Positions 11,231-21,151 of a stretch of 64,000 nt of DNA are shown piece after piece (within the stretch, counting starts at the first letter, position 1; each line of letters opens with the position of its first letter). The DNA lies in contig JAYFMW010000008.1 in NCBI GenBank assembly GCA_042408215.1, positions 256,001 to 320,000 on the forward strand, written 5' to 3'. The position numbers were made by a program, and so were the translations under genes. The DNA comes from Microcoleus sp. (GTDB lineage Bacteria; Cyanobacteriota; Cyanobacteriia; Cyanobacteriales; Microcoleaceae). The notes under the pieces were generated by a model. It did not search any database and was not told the DNA's origin. It was given only the letters and a program-made list of their open reading frames with translations.

Positions 11231-12424
11231 ATGGCAACAGCTATTCTCGACTTAGAAATCTCCAAACTGCCACCAGAAATAGCGGTTGAGGAGCGTTACA
11301 GCAAAGCCTTGGTTTTAATTAGACTGCACGGAAACCCGATCGGCCAAGCAACTTTGCCCGTAGTCGGAGGTCGCATTGGCGACAATGAATTGCGGGAAAC
11401 ACTGATGAAGGCTGTGGGGGAGAATCTGTGGAAAAACTGGCTCTGGGATGTTCTAGAATGGGACGAACGCGGGCCGGTGCAGCCAGTGCCGATCGCCACA
11501 GTAGCGGTTTGCACGCGCGATCGCCCGGAAGATTTGCAGCGGTGTCTAGAAGCATTGATGCGGCTGCCAGATGATGGTCAGGAATACTTGGTAATTGACA
11601 ATTGTCCGGCTACCGACGCGACGCAGGAACTGGTCAAAAATTACCCACAATTCCGCTATGTGCGGGAGGATGTACAGGGCTCCAGCGCCGCCCGCAATCG
11701 AGCTTTACGGGAAGCTAAACACGAATTCGTGGCGTTTACAGATGACGATGCAGTGCCCGATGGGAATTGGTTGCGATCGCTCTTGCGAAATTTCAGCGAT
11801 CCCCGCGTGATGTGTGTGACGGGCCTAGTGATGCCCCTAGAACTGGAAACAGAAGCGCAAGAATGGTTTGAGCGCTACAGCCCCCACGGGCGGGGATTTG
11901 GGCGAGTTGTATTTGATGGGGCGCACAGCAATCCGCTGATGGTGAATCTTGTGGGAGTTTCGGCGAGTATGGCTTTGCGTTCAAGGGCGATCGACTTTAT
12001 TGGCTGGTTTGATGAAGTTCTGGGGGCGGGAACGCCCACGGCTAGCGGGGAAGACTGCGAATTTTTTACCCGCATTTTGCGATCGGGTTACTGTATTGTC
12101 TACGAGCCCAGGGCTTTGAGTTGGCATCGCCACCGGCGCACCTGGGAAGAATTGCGGAATACCCTTGAAGGCTACGGAGTTGGAGTTTACGCTTTCTGGA
12201 CGATGATGATGGTGGTAAATAGGGAATTCAGCGTGGTTCTGTTAGGCTTGTCATGGTTGTGGTACAAACAAATTCCTGAACTAATTGCTTCAGTGCGAAA
12301 GCAACCGGATTCTGTTCCTAGTGATTTGCTTTTGGCTCAATTACGGGGCTGTATTAGCGGGCCGATGGCTTATTTTGCTTCTCGCAAGTGGTTGCAAAAG
12401 ATTAAGGAAGAAATTATGAGTTAG
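11231..12424 (+). CDS. glycosyltransferase family 2
   Basis: VAVCTRDRP, VIDN, ARNRAL, FTDDDA, GEDCEF motifs. Confidence 0.9.
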   Translation: MATAILDLEISKLPPEIAVEERYSKALVLIRLHGNPIGQATLPVVGGRIGDNELRETLMKAVGENLWKNWLWDVLEWDERGPVQPVPIATVAVCTRDRPEDLQRCLEALMRLPDDGQEYLVIDNCPATDATQELVKNYPQFRYVREDVQGSSAARNRALREAKHEFVAFTDDDAVPDGNWLRSLLRNFSDPRVMCVTGLVMPLELETEAQEWFERYSPHGRGFGRVVFDGAHSNPLMVNLVGVSASMALRSRAIDFIGWFDEVLGAGTPTASGEDCEFFTRILRSGYCIVYEPRALSWHRHRRTWEELRNTLEGYGVGVYAFWTMMMVVNREFSVVLLGLSWLWYKQIPELIASVRKQPDSVPSDLLLAQLRGCISGPMAYFASRKWLQKIKEEIMS

Positions 12425-12625
12425 TTGTGAGTTGTGAGTTGTGAGTTGTGAGTTGTGAGTTGTGAGTTGTGAGTTGTTAGTTGTTATTGGTTAAAAATGC
12501 CCGATTCCCGATGCCCGATTCCCGATGCCCGATTCCCAATGCCCAATTCCCAATGCCCGATGCCCGATTCCCAATGCCCGATTCCCAATGCCCAATGCCC
12601 AATGCCCAATGCCCAATGCCCAATG
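12424..12625. repeat. heptamer STRR arrays: (GTTGTGA)n followed by (ATGCCCG/ATTCCCG/ATGCCCA)n
   Basis: Directly visible tandem 7-mers. Confidence 0.9.
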
Positions 12626-12630
12626 TCAAT

Positions 12631-13977
12631 ATGGAAAATCTAACAGTTAGTATAGTTCTGATAACTCACAACCGAAGTTATTCGCTGCGGCGGGCTTTGG
12701 ATGCTTTGCAATTACAGACTTATCCCTTAGAACTCATCGAAGTTAGGGTGGTGGTAGATAGCTGCATTGACGATACTTTAGCAATGTTAGAAGAGTACAA
12801 AGCTCTTTTTAAACTGCAAATAATTGAGGCAAACTGCCGGAGTGTGGGTATGTCTCGCAATGTTGGAGCTTTAGAGGCTACTGGACAAATGTTGCTGTTT
12901 CTGGACGATGATATAGAAGCAATGCCGTGTTTAGTGGAAAACCATTTGCGGGTTCATCGAGAGCATCCGGGCTGCGCTGCGATCGGTCCTTATCCGCCAA
13001 AGTTGCAATCCAGGACTAAGTTTTTTGAGGTAGAAGTGCGGACTTGGTGGGAGGAAAAATTTTACCAGATGAGTAAGCCTGCTCACCGCTATAGTTATCA
13101 AGATTTGCTCTGTGGCAATCTTTCTATTGATACAAAACTGTTTGCTAGCACTGGAGGTTTTGATTCTGCTTTCGGTCCTGGTACTGCTTATGAAGATTAC
13201 GAATTCGCCTTGCGTTTGCTCAAGGCAAATGTACCTTTTGTGGCGGCACCGGATGCTGTCGGCTATCATTATGAACATGAAACTAACAATCTCGAACGCT
13301 CTTTTGGTCGTGCTCGTGCGGAAGGGCGTTCTGATGTTTTGATCGGTGAGCGACACCCGGAAATCAAACCGATTCTACGCATAAAGGACTATGAAACTCC
13401 TGATGCGCTGGTAGATAAAATTTTGGTGGCGATCGTGTTTTTATGGCCAGCCGGTTTAGATTTGTTGACTATCGGACTAAGAAAATCCCTTGACTGGCTG
13501 GAATACATGGGGATGCGGGGTAGTTGGCGGTGGCTGCGGAGGAGACTACTGGCTTACTCGTATTTGCGGGGGGTGATGGATCGGTTGAAAAGTCGATCGG
13601 CGCTTGCTAGTTTTATGCAAGCAGGAAGGGCTAGCGCGGATGTGAACCCACGGGAAATTGAAATTGATTTGCGGGAAGGTTGGGAGGCGGCAGAGTTCTT
13701 CATTGACGAAAAACGACCAGATGGGATTCACTTCCGTTATGGTGAAATGGCGGTGGGTTATGTTCCACCTCAACTGGGTATGGAGCCACTGCGGGGCGTT
13801 CACTTGCGATCGATTTTGGCAAATACCATGTCGGATAAATTGCTAGTGGCGATCGCCCTTAACGGTATGCCCAAAAGTGCTGCTGATTCTGAGCCTAGCT
13901 TAGTTGACAACACCCTACTGCAACATCTACAGTTATGTACAGTATTGGACAAAAAAAACCTTGACAATCATTCGTAG
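12631..13977 (+). CDS. glycosyltransferase family 2
   Basis: [32 protein letters not shown] motifs; start moved to ATG 12631, after the STRR array. Confidence 0.88.
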   Translation: MENLTVSIVLITHNRSYSLRRALDALQLQTYPLELIEVRVVVDSCIDDTLAMLEEYKALFKLQIIEANCRSVGMSRNVGALEATGQMLLFLDDDIEAMPCLVENHLRVHREHPGCAAIGPYPPKLQSRTKFFEVEVRTWWEEKFYQMSKPAHRYSYQDLLCGNLSIDTKLFASTGGFDSAFGPGTAYEDYEFALRLLKANVPFVAAPDAVGYHYEHETNNLERSFGRARAEGRSDVLIGERHPEIKPILRIKDYETPDALVDKILVAIVFLWPAGLDLLTIGLRKSLDWLEYMGMRGSWRWLRRRLLAYSYLRGVMDRLKSRSALASFMQAGRASADVNPREIEIDLREGWEAAEFFIDEKRPDGIHFRYGEMAVGYVPPQLGMEPLRGVHLRSILANTMSDKLLVAIALNGMPKSAADSEPSLVDNTLLQHLQLCTVLDKKNLDNHS

Positions 13978-14136
13978 AAAACCGCTATAGGCAGAAACCG
14001 GGTTTTTGACGACAAGACTCTATTTAAATCTTTAATACTGGTGAAAACCCGGTTTCTTTGGAGCCCATGCGTAATTCTTAGAATTTTGAAAAACATGAAT
14101 TCGCAGTTAAATAATTAGAACTTGACAAGGGTAATT

Positions 14137-14256
14137 ATGGCATTAAAACTGATTGTAGAATTTTTAGAATCTGCTGACAAAGCGACTCAGGTGCAGATTA
14201 AGTTGTTCGAGGAGTCGCAACCGGAACCTCAGATAGTTGCTGGGGGTGTGCGGTGA
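14137..14256 (+). CDS. small 39-aa ORF translationally coupled to wzm
   Basis: MALKLIVEFLESADKATQVQIKLFEESQPEPQIVAGGVR; its TGA overlaps the wzm GTG start (GTGA); AAGGG upstream. Confidence 0.45.
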   Translation: MALKLIVEFLESADKATQVQIKLFEESQPEPQIVAGGVR

Positions 14257-15044
14257 GAAATACGGGAAATGTGGCGTACATTCGCAAAATCACTCATTTC
14301 TTTGATTTGCTGCGAGTGTTAGTCGATCGAGATATGAAATTACTTTACAAGCGATCGTCTTTAGGCATTGCTTGGACTTTAATCAGTCCGCTGTTACAGT
14401 TGGCTGTGTTTTCCTTTGTGTTTCGATCCGTAATACCGATTAATGTTTCTAAGTTCTCTTCATTTGCGTTCAGCGGTTTGTTAATTTGGACTTGGAGTCA
14501 GACAGCGCTCTTCAAATCGACAGCACTTATTACAAACAACCGAGCTTTAATTAGACAGCCAAATTTTCCTACAGAAATTTTACCATTGGTGACAACAACA
14601 ACGGGATTAATTCACTTTTTGCTGGCGCTACCGGTGCTAATTATCTTTCTGGCTGTTGATGGAGTTCGGCCAAGTTATGTGCTGCTTATTTTACCACTAT
14701 TGATGTTTATTCAGTTTATTTTGACAGTGAGTTTTGCTTATCCACTCGCTGCGTTGAATGTCACGTTTCGCGACACTCAACACACTTTGGGTGTGCTGTT
14801 GCAGATGTTTTTTTATCTGACTCCAATTTTCTACGACCTCAACAGTGTCCCGGAAGCATATCGTGCATTCTATCAGTTAAATCCGATGGTACCTTTGATG
14901 CAAGCTTACCGCGATGTACTGTTGAGAGGTATTCAGCCGGATTGGTTAGCACTGTTAATTCTCAGCGGTGTTGTCGCCGTTCTTTTTCCGATCGGGTTGG
15001 GGATTTTTCGACGCCAAAGCGATCGTTTTGTGGAGGAATTGTAA
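14253..15044 (+). CDS. wzm: ABC-2 polysaccharide export permease (Wzm/RfbA-like)
   Basis: RDMKLLYKRSSLGIAWTLISPL, FRD, YLTPIFY, LNPM motifs; about 6 TM segments. Confidence 0.9.
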   Translation: MRNTGNVAYIRKITHFFDLLRVLVDRDMKLLYKRSSLGIAWTLISPLLQLAVFSFVFRSVIPINVSKFSSFAFSGLLIWTWSQTALFKSTALITNNRALIRQPNFPTEILPLVTTTTGLIHFLLALPVLIIFLAVDGVRPSYVLLILPLLMFIQFILTVSFAYPLAALNVTFRDTQHTLGVLLQMFFYLTPIFYDLNSVPEAYRAFYQLNPMVPLMQAYRDVLLRGIQPDWLALLILSGVVAVLFPIGLGIFRRQSDRFVEEL

Positions 15045-17117
15045 ATGCGTCAAGCTATTGTTGTTAAGGGTTTGGGGAAACGTTTTAACCGCTACAGCGC
15101 CGAGCGACCTTTGACGATTATGGAGGCCGCTTTGTGGGGATGGTGGCGGATGAAACCCCAGGCTCATTTTTGGGCGCTACGAGATGTTAATTTTACGGTT
15201 TCTCCTGGGGAAATGCTGGGAATTATTGGCAAAAACGGGGCCGGAAAATCGACACTATTACAACTTGTTGGCGGTATCGGCCATGCTGAGGAAGGCACTA
15301 TTCAAGTTAATGGCAGAATTGGCGGTTTGTTGGATTTGGGTGCGGGTTTTCACTCGGATTTAACTGGTAGAGAAAATGTGTTTGTGGGGGCGGTGGTGGC
15401 CGGTTTGACTCGCCGGGAAGCGGCGCGTCGGTTTGATGATATTGTTGCTTTTGCAGAGTTGGAAAAGTTTATTGACAGCCCGATGCGGACTTACAGTACG
15501 GGGATGCAAATGCGGTTGGCTTTTTCGGTGGCGGTTCACACTGATCCAGAGGTGCTTTTAGTAGATGAACATTTGTCGGTTGGGGATGTGGCTTTTCAAA
15601 CTAAATGTTTGAATAAGATCAATGATTTTAAGAGTCAAGGTTGTGCGATTGTTTTGATTTCTCACATGGCGGAGCAAATTCAGAAAATGTGCGATCGGGC
15701 TTTGTGGTTGCGATCGGGTACAATCATGGCTTACGGGGAGACTGAAGTCGTAGTCAGTCAGTATTTGTCGGAAATGGGTTCGGAAACTGAAATACTTAAT
15801 CCCCTGACTCTTCATCAAGTAACAAGTACCGTTTCTCCACAGCGAGTTAATCAAAATTGCTTCGGTTCTTTAGGGGTAAAAATTACGGATGTTAAAATAT
15901 TACCTGATGGGGGAATTGACAGTGGTGATTCTGTGACTATTGAGATTCAATATTCGGTATTAAAGTCAATTTCTGATGCGATATTTGGGGTAACAATTAC
16001 CCGGAAAGACGGTCAAGTTTGTTTTGATATTAAGACGAATCAAATCGGTAAGTTGCTACCGCTGGCTCAGGGGGATGGCAAAATTAGGCTACATTTGGAT
16101 AGATTAGATTTGGGGAATGGTCAATATTATGTAAATGCTGGGGTTTATGAGAAAACTTTGGCTTATGCTTACGATTATCGCCACCAAGTTTATCCGTTGT
16201 ATGTGCGATCGCCTGTACGCCAAAACACGATTCTTTGTCCTCCTTACCGCTGGGAGTGGGATGGCGAAATGCAGGTTTCGGAATTGCCGGATCGAGTTGA
16301 CAAAACTCACCCTATGAATAAAAATAATCCGGCTTATGGCAAAATTTTGACTCAGTTGAAAACGAAGAATCATCCTAATTTTTTACTGTTAGGTTCTCAA
16401 CAATGCGGTGTTGAGGCCTTGTATGGATGTCTGGAAAATTACTTGCAAATTATTCAAGCAGGTGCTAGGAAAGTTCACTTTTTTGAATTGAATTACGATC
16501 GCGGTGTAGAGTGGTACAGCAAGCAGTTGAGTCAGGGTGTGGTGGGAGATACAGTGCTGCGATGGGAGATGACTCCTGAGTATATGGATCATCCTTTGGT
16601 GGCGGAGCGGGTTTATCAGTGTTTCCCGGATGTTAAACTGATTATGATGCTCAGAAATCCAGTGCAAAGAGCATGGATGCACTATAATTTAGAAGTGGCG
16701 ATGGGTTTTGAAGAATTCGATGTTACAAAGGCGATCGCTTCTGAGTGCGATCGGCTAGCAGGCGAAATTGAGAAACTTCGCTCTAGTCCAAATTATCACA
16801 GTTTTAATCACCAGCATTATTCCTATTTATCGCGGGGAATTTATGTGGAACAAATCAAGAATTGGCTGGACTATTTCCCAAGAGAACAGTTGTTGATTTT
16901 GAAGACTGAGGATTTTCAGGAAAATCCTGGTAAGGTATTTTCTAAGGTGTTGGATTTCTTGGATATTAGCGCTAGTGCTGTCAAGGAATACGAGATTAAT
17001 AGTGTGGAGGATTATAGTAAAATGCCGGAGGCGATGGAAGACAAATTAATCGGTTATTTTAAGCCTTATAATCGGGAACTTTCTGATTTGTTGAAAGAGG
17101 ATTTTAGTTGGAGTTAG
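15045..17117 (+). CDS. wzt: polysaccharide ABC exporter ATPase (Wzt) with Wzt-C domain and fused sulfotransferase-like domain
   Basis: Walker A GKNGAGKST, signature YSTGMQMRL, Walker B LLVDE; C-terminal KVHFFE, EMTPEY, LRNPVQRAW, YLSRGIY. Confidence 0.88.
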   Translation: MRQAIVVKGLGKRFNRYSAERPLTIMEAALWGWWRMKPQAHFWALRDVNFTVSPGEMLGIIGKNGAGKSTLLQLVGGIGHAEEGTIQVNGRIGGLLDLGAGFHSDLTGRENVFVGAVVAGLTRREAARRFDDIVAFAELEKFIDSPMRTYSTGMQMRLAFSVAVHTDPEVLLVDEHLSVGDVAFQTKCLNKINDFKSQGCAIVLISHMAEQIQKMCDRALWLRSGTIMAYGETEVVVSQYLSEMGSETEILNPLTLHQVTSTVSPQRVNQNCFGSLGVKITDVKILPDGGIDSGDSVTIEIQYSVLKSISDAIFGVTITRKDGQVCFDIKTNQIGKLLPLAQGDGKIRLHLDRLDLGNGQYYVNAGVYEKTLAYAYDYRHQVYPLYVRSPVRQNTILCPPYRWEWDGEMQVSELPDRVDKTHPMNKNNPAYGKILTQLKTKNHPNFLLLGSQQCGVEALYGCLENYLQIIQAGARKVHFFELNYDRGVEWYSKQLSQGVVGDTVLRWEMTPEYMDHPLVAERVYQCFPDVKLIMMLRNPVQRAWMHYNLEVAMGFEEFDVTKAIASECDRLAGEIEKLRSSPNYHSFNHQHYSYLSRGIYVEQIKNWLDYFPREQLLILKTEDFQENPGKVFSKVLDFLDISASAVKEYEINSVEDYSKMPEAMEDKLIGYFKPYNRELSDLLKEDFSWS

Positions 17118-17120
17118 GGA

Positions 17121-18560
17121 AAGAGTTTTTTACCGCAGAGAGCGCAGAGAGCGCAGAGAGTTCTGAAAGGAAGATGAATCATACCTCTTTCTGCTCTTCC
17201 TCGGTGTCCTCTGCGCTCTCTGTGGTTAATTCAAAAAAATCTCATTCACCAACAAGAGTTTTTTACCGCAGAGAGCGCAGAGAGCGCAGAGAGTGCTGAA
17301 AGGAACATGAATCATACCTCTTTCTGCTCTTCCTCAGTGTCCTCTGCGCTCTCTGTGGTTAATTCAAAAAAATCTCATTCACCAACAAGAGTTTTTTACC
17401 GCAGAGAGCGCAGAGAGCGCAGAGAGTTCTGAAAGGAAGATGAATCATACCTCTTTCTTCTCTTCCTCAGTGTCCTCTGCGCTCTCTGTGGTTAATTAAA
17501 AAAAATCTCGTTCACCAACGCTTGATCAAGTATCATAATGAAAAGAGTTTTTTACCGCAGAGAGCGCAGAGAGCGCAGAGAGTTCTGGAAGGAAGATGAA
17601 TCATACCTCTTTCTGCTCTTCCTCAGTGTCCTCTGCGCTCTCTGTGGTTAATTCAAAAAAATCTCATTCACCAACAAGAGTTTTTTACCGCAGAGAGCGC
17701 AGAGAGCGCAGAGAGTTCTGAAAGGAAGATGAATCATACCTCTTTCTTCTCTTCCTCAGTGTCCTCTGCGCTCTCTGTGGTTAATTAAAAAAAATCTCGT
17801 TCACCAACGCTTGATCAAGTATCATAATGAAAAGAGTTTTTTACCGCAGAGAGCGCAGAGAGCGCAGAGAGTTCTGGAAGGAAGATGAATCATACCTCTT
17901 TCTGCTCTTCCTCGGTGTCCTCTGCGCTCTCTGTGGTTAATTAAAAAAAATCTCATTTACCAACAAGAGTTTTTTACCGCAGAGAGCGCAGAGAGCGCAG
18001 AGAGTGCTGAAAGGAACATGAATCATACCTCTTTCTTCTCTTCCTCAGTGTCCTCTGCGCTCTCTGTGGTTAATTAAAAAAAATCTCATTTACCAACACT
18101 TGATCAAGTATCATAATGAAAAGAGTTTTTTACCGCAGAGAGCGCAGAGAGCGCAGAGAGTGCTGAAAGGAACATGAATCATACCTCTTTCTGCTCTTCC
18201 TCGGTGTCCTCTGCGCTCTCTGTGGTTCATTAAAAAAAATCTCATTTACCAACAAGAGTTTTTTACCGCAGAGAGCGCAGAGAGCGCAGAGAGTTCTGGA
18301 AGGAAGATGAATCATACCTCTTTCTGCTCTTCCTCGGTGTCCTCTGCGCTCTCTGTGGTTAATTAAAAAAAATCTCATTTACCAACGCTCGATCAAGTAT
18401 CATAATGAAAAGAGTTTTTTACCGCAGAGAGCGCAGAGAGCGCAGAGAGTTCTGAAAGGAAGATGAATCATACCTCTTTCTGCTCTTCCTCGGTGTCCTC
18501 TGCGCTCTCTGTGGTTAATTAAAAAAAATCTCATTCACAAATAATTTATCAAGTATCATA
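17121..18560. repeat. tandem array of 10 hairpin (REP-like) units, 133/156-bp periods
   Basis: ACCGCAGAGAGCGCAGAG cores at 17132, 17265, 17398, 17554, 17687, 17843, 17976, 18132, 18265, 18421, each followed by the complementary CTCTGCGCTCTCTGTGGT. Confidence 0.95.
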
Positions 18561-21002
18561 ATGAAACGGATATTTCTAGTTGGTCCTCCCAGAAGCGGTA
18601 CAACACTACTTCAAAGTTTGTTAGCCTCTCATCCTGAAGTTATTTCTTTTCCTGAATCTAAGTTTTTTCACTATTTACTGTATAATAAGTTTGTCAAAAA
18701 GTTTCCCGATAGACTGTCAGCTTTTTTTAAGGATGAGATTAATCGTCCTGAGTTTTTGCAGAATTTTGATAATAGCAAATCTACGGAACTTAAAGTGAGT
18801 TGGTTTGTCGGAGTTTTAGATAGTTTGGCTGCGGAAGAGCAGAAAAGCATTTGGTTGGAAAAAACGCCGGAACACATATATTTTATTAAAGATATAGAGC
18901 GTTTTTTACCCGATGCTAAATTTATACATATTTTGCGAAATGGTATGGATACCATCGCTTCTCTCTATGAAGCTACTAGGATTTCTCCAGAATTGTGGGG
19001 GGATGGTTGGGATTTAGACCATTGTATTAAACGTTGGCAAGAAGGGGTGTTAATTAGCCATAGCTATGCTCATAAATCTCATCATAAATTGGTTAAATAT
19101 GAGGATCTTTTAGAGAATAAAACTAAATTTTTGGCTGATATTTGTGATTTTCTTGGCATTGAGTATGATAGTAAAATGCTGGTTAATTATAAAGCTAAAG
19201 CTGCTAATTTGAGTTTGAATTTACCTTGGCATAAGGGAATTGAAAGAGATATTCAAAGCACTAAGGTTCACAAATATCATACTTTTTTTAATAGCCATGA
19301 AATTCAATATATTTTAGATAAAATCAAGTGGATAAATTCTGAAATTGTCTATAAGGTTAAGGTGGAGGTGACTGAACCTATTTCGGATATTTCTATTCCG
19401 CAAATATTCGATCGCCTTTGCTGTACAATCCAACTAGAAGGTGTTAAACTGGGTATTGTTGAATTGCCAGTCTGTGACGGGATGGTGGCTGGTGTGGTTT
19501 TGGCGGATGCGATCGCAGCTAAGTTTGCTTGGCCAATTCTCCAACGCTTTTTTCAACACAGAGCCTGGGAAAGTATACATAAATTATCGGAAAGTTCTCT
19601 GAGTAGATTGCATCGGAAACTTCAGTGGAGGGAATTTTTACAGGAAATATGGGATTGTCCAATTTCATCTTCTGATTATTTCTCTAATCCCAATTTAACT
19701 ATCGATGAAGCATCAATTATTAGTCTGACTGAAGACTTGATTGTGGTGGAGCTTAGCGCCGAATTGCCTAATATTAAAGTTGACCTTTCGGAAATAGATG
19801 TGCTGGTAAAAGTAGGCGGAGTTGCGGTGGGGATTGTAACTGTTGCGGTTGATAATAATTTTGTTTCTGCTCAACAATTGCGATCGACAATTACTCAATA
19901 TACTAACTTTGAATTGTGTGTTGCTGCTGTGCGATCGGCTTTGTTGGGAAAACCGCTAAATGGTAAGATGTCGCTGCGATCGCATTTAGCCACATCTGCT
20001 CAACAAATGGCGAATGCGCCCGAAAGGTTGAATGCAGCGGGTTCTGAGGGCATTTACTCCCAAAATGCGGTGATATTTGGCAGGCACGAGGGGGCGATCG
20101 GAACGAGTGCTAGTCGTCGGGCCGCACTACCAGCGGCGGCGCTGCGGGAATTAGCAGAAGCTGCGGAAATTGCGGGGGAACCGATCATGCAAATTCCCCT
20201 AGATAACGAGTTACCGAAACAAGTAATTTACGCACCGGAAATCATGGCGCGAAAGTCGCCCTATAAAGCAGTTTCTCAATTAACTGAAACTCAAGTTTTT
20301 CACAATCAGACAGTTAATCAAAAGCTCCCAATTTTTGCCTACCGTCGCATTTCTCCTAAGGGTTTAAATGCAATTAATCCGCAGGTTTTTGAACAACAGT
20401 TGCAGCGTCTTAAAAACCAAGGTTACTATAGTGTTAGTTGGTCAAGTTTGTCCAGTGCGAAACTAACTAAAACTGCTTTACCTGGTAAACCTATATTGCT
20501 GACTTTTGACGGCGGCTATCAGGACTTTTGTGAATATGCTTTACCTTTGCTAAAACGCTTTGACTTTACAGCAACTGTTTTTCTAGTAGCAGAGTCGATA
20601 GGAAAGACAAATAGTTGGGAAAAAGCCGACTCTGAAGAATTACAGTTAATGGGATGGCCGGAAATTCTGCAACTGCGGGATGCAGGGATTGAGTTTGGTT
20701 CCATGTCTGCGACTTATCAACCTCTGACTGGTTTGTCGCCGACAGAAATTGTGCGGGAAGGGGCGAAATCTCGTGCTATTTTGCAACGGGGATTGGGGAA
20801 ACCTGTCGAATCTTTTGCTTATCCCTACGGAAATGTTGATGAAATTGTCAAGCATTTAATTGGGGCGATTGGCTATACTTTTGGTGTATGTTACGGGTCA
20901 AAATATAGTAGTTTTGATGATTCTTTATTGTCGCTACCCCGCATTCAAGTAGGGTGCGTCAGAAAGCGAGATTTTCGCCTCAACCAAAAATCTCTCAACT
21001 GA
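18561..21002 (+). CDS. sulfotransferase fused to a degenerate polysaccharide deacetylase (CE4/NodB-like) domain
   Basis: N-terminal GPPRSGTTLL, EKTPEH, KYEDL; C-terminal LTFDGGY, ATVFLVA, FAYPYG, LPRI. Confidence 0.85.
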   Translation: MKRIFLVGPPRSGTTLLQSLLASHPEVISFPESKFFHYLLYNKFVKKFPDRLSAFFKDEINRPEFLQNFDNSKSTELKVSWFVGVLDSLAAEEQKSIWLEKTPEHIYFIKDIERFLPDAKFIHILRNGMDTIASLYEATRISPELWGDGWDLDHCIKRWQEGVLISHSYAHKSHHKLVKYEDLLENKTKFLADICDFLGIEYDSKMLVNYKAKAANLSLNLPWHKGIERDIQSTKVHKYHTFFNSHEIQYILDKIKWINSEIVYKVKVEVTEPISDISIPQIFDRLCCTIQLEGVKLGIVELPVCDGMVAGVVLADAIAAKFAWPILQRFFQHRAWESIHKLSESSLSRLHRKLQWREFLQEIWDCPISSSDYFSNPNLTIDEASIISLTEDLIVVELSAELPNIKVDLSEIDVLVKVGGVAVGIVTVAVDNNFVSAQQLRSTITQYTNFELCVAAVRSALLGKPLNGKMSLRSHLATSAQQMANAPERLNAAGSEGIYSQNAVIFGRHEGAIGTSASRRAALPAAALRELAEAAEIAGEPIMQIPLDNELPKQVIYAPEIMARKSPYKAVSQLTETQVFHNQTVNQKLPIFAYRRISPKGLNAINPQVFEQQLQRLKNQGYYSVSWSSLSSAKLTKTALPGKPILLTFDGGYQDFCEYALPLLKRFDFTATVFLVAESIGKTNSWEKADSEELQLMGWPEILQLRDAGIEFGSMSATYQPLTGLSPTEIVREGAKSRAILQRGLGKPVESFAYPYGNVDEIVKHLIGAIGYTFGVCYGSKYSSFDDSLLSLPRIQVGCVRKRDFRLNQKSLN

Positions 21003-21151
21003 CGCACCTTACTAACTGAGTAGGGTGCGTCAGCCAGGGAAACAGTCACCGCAACTAACAATCTCTCAACTGACGCACCTTACCTTAGTAGGGTGCGTCA
21101 GAAAGCGAGATTTTCGCCTCAACCAAAAATCTCTCAACTGACGCACCTTAC
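20949..21151. repeat. three GTAG-type REP hairpins
   Basis: GTAGGGTGCGTCAG...CTGACGCACCTTAC x3 between convergent genes. Confidence 0.85.

Noticed and set aside
12481..12630. N-terminal MPNAQ-repeat extension of GT2
   Set aside because: Translation of STRR DNA; the GT2 domain starts at ATG 12631.
17121..18560. CRISPR array
   Set aside because: Units are near-identical along their full length, with no unique spacers and no cas genes.
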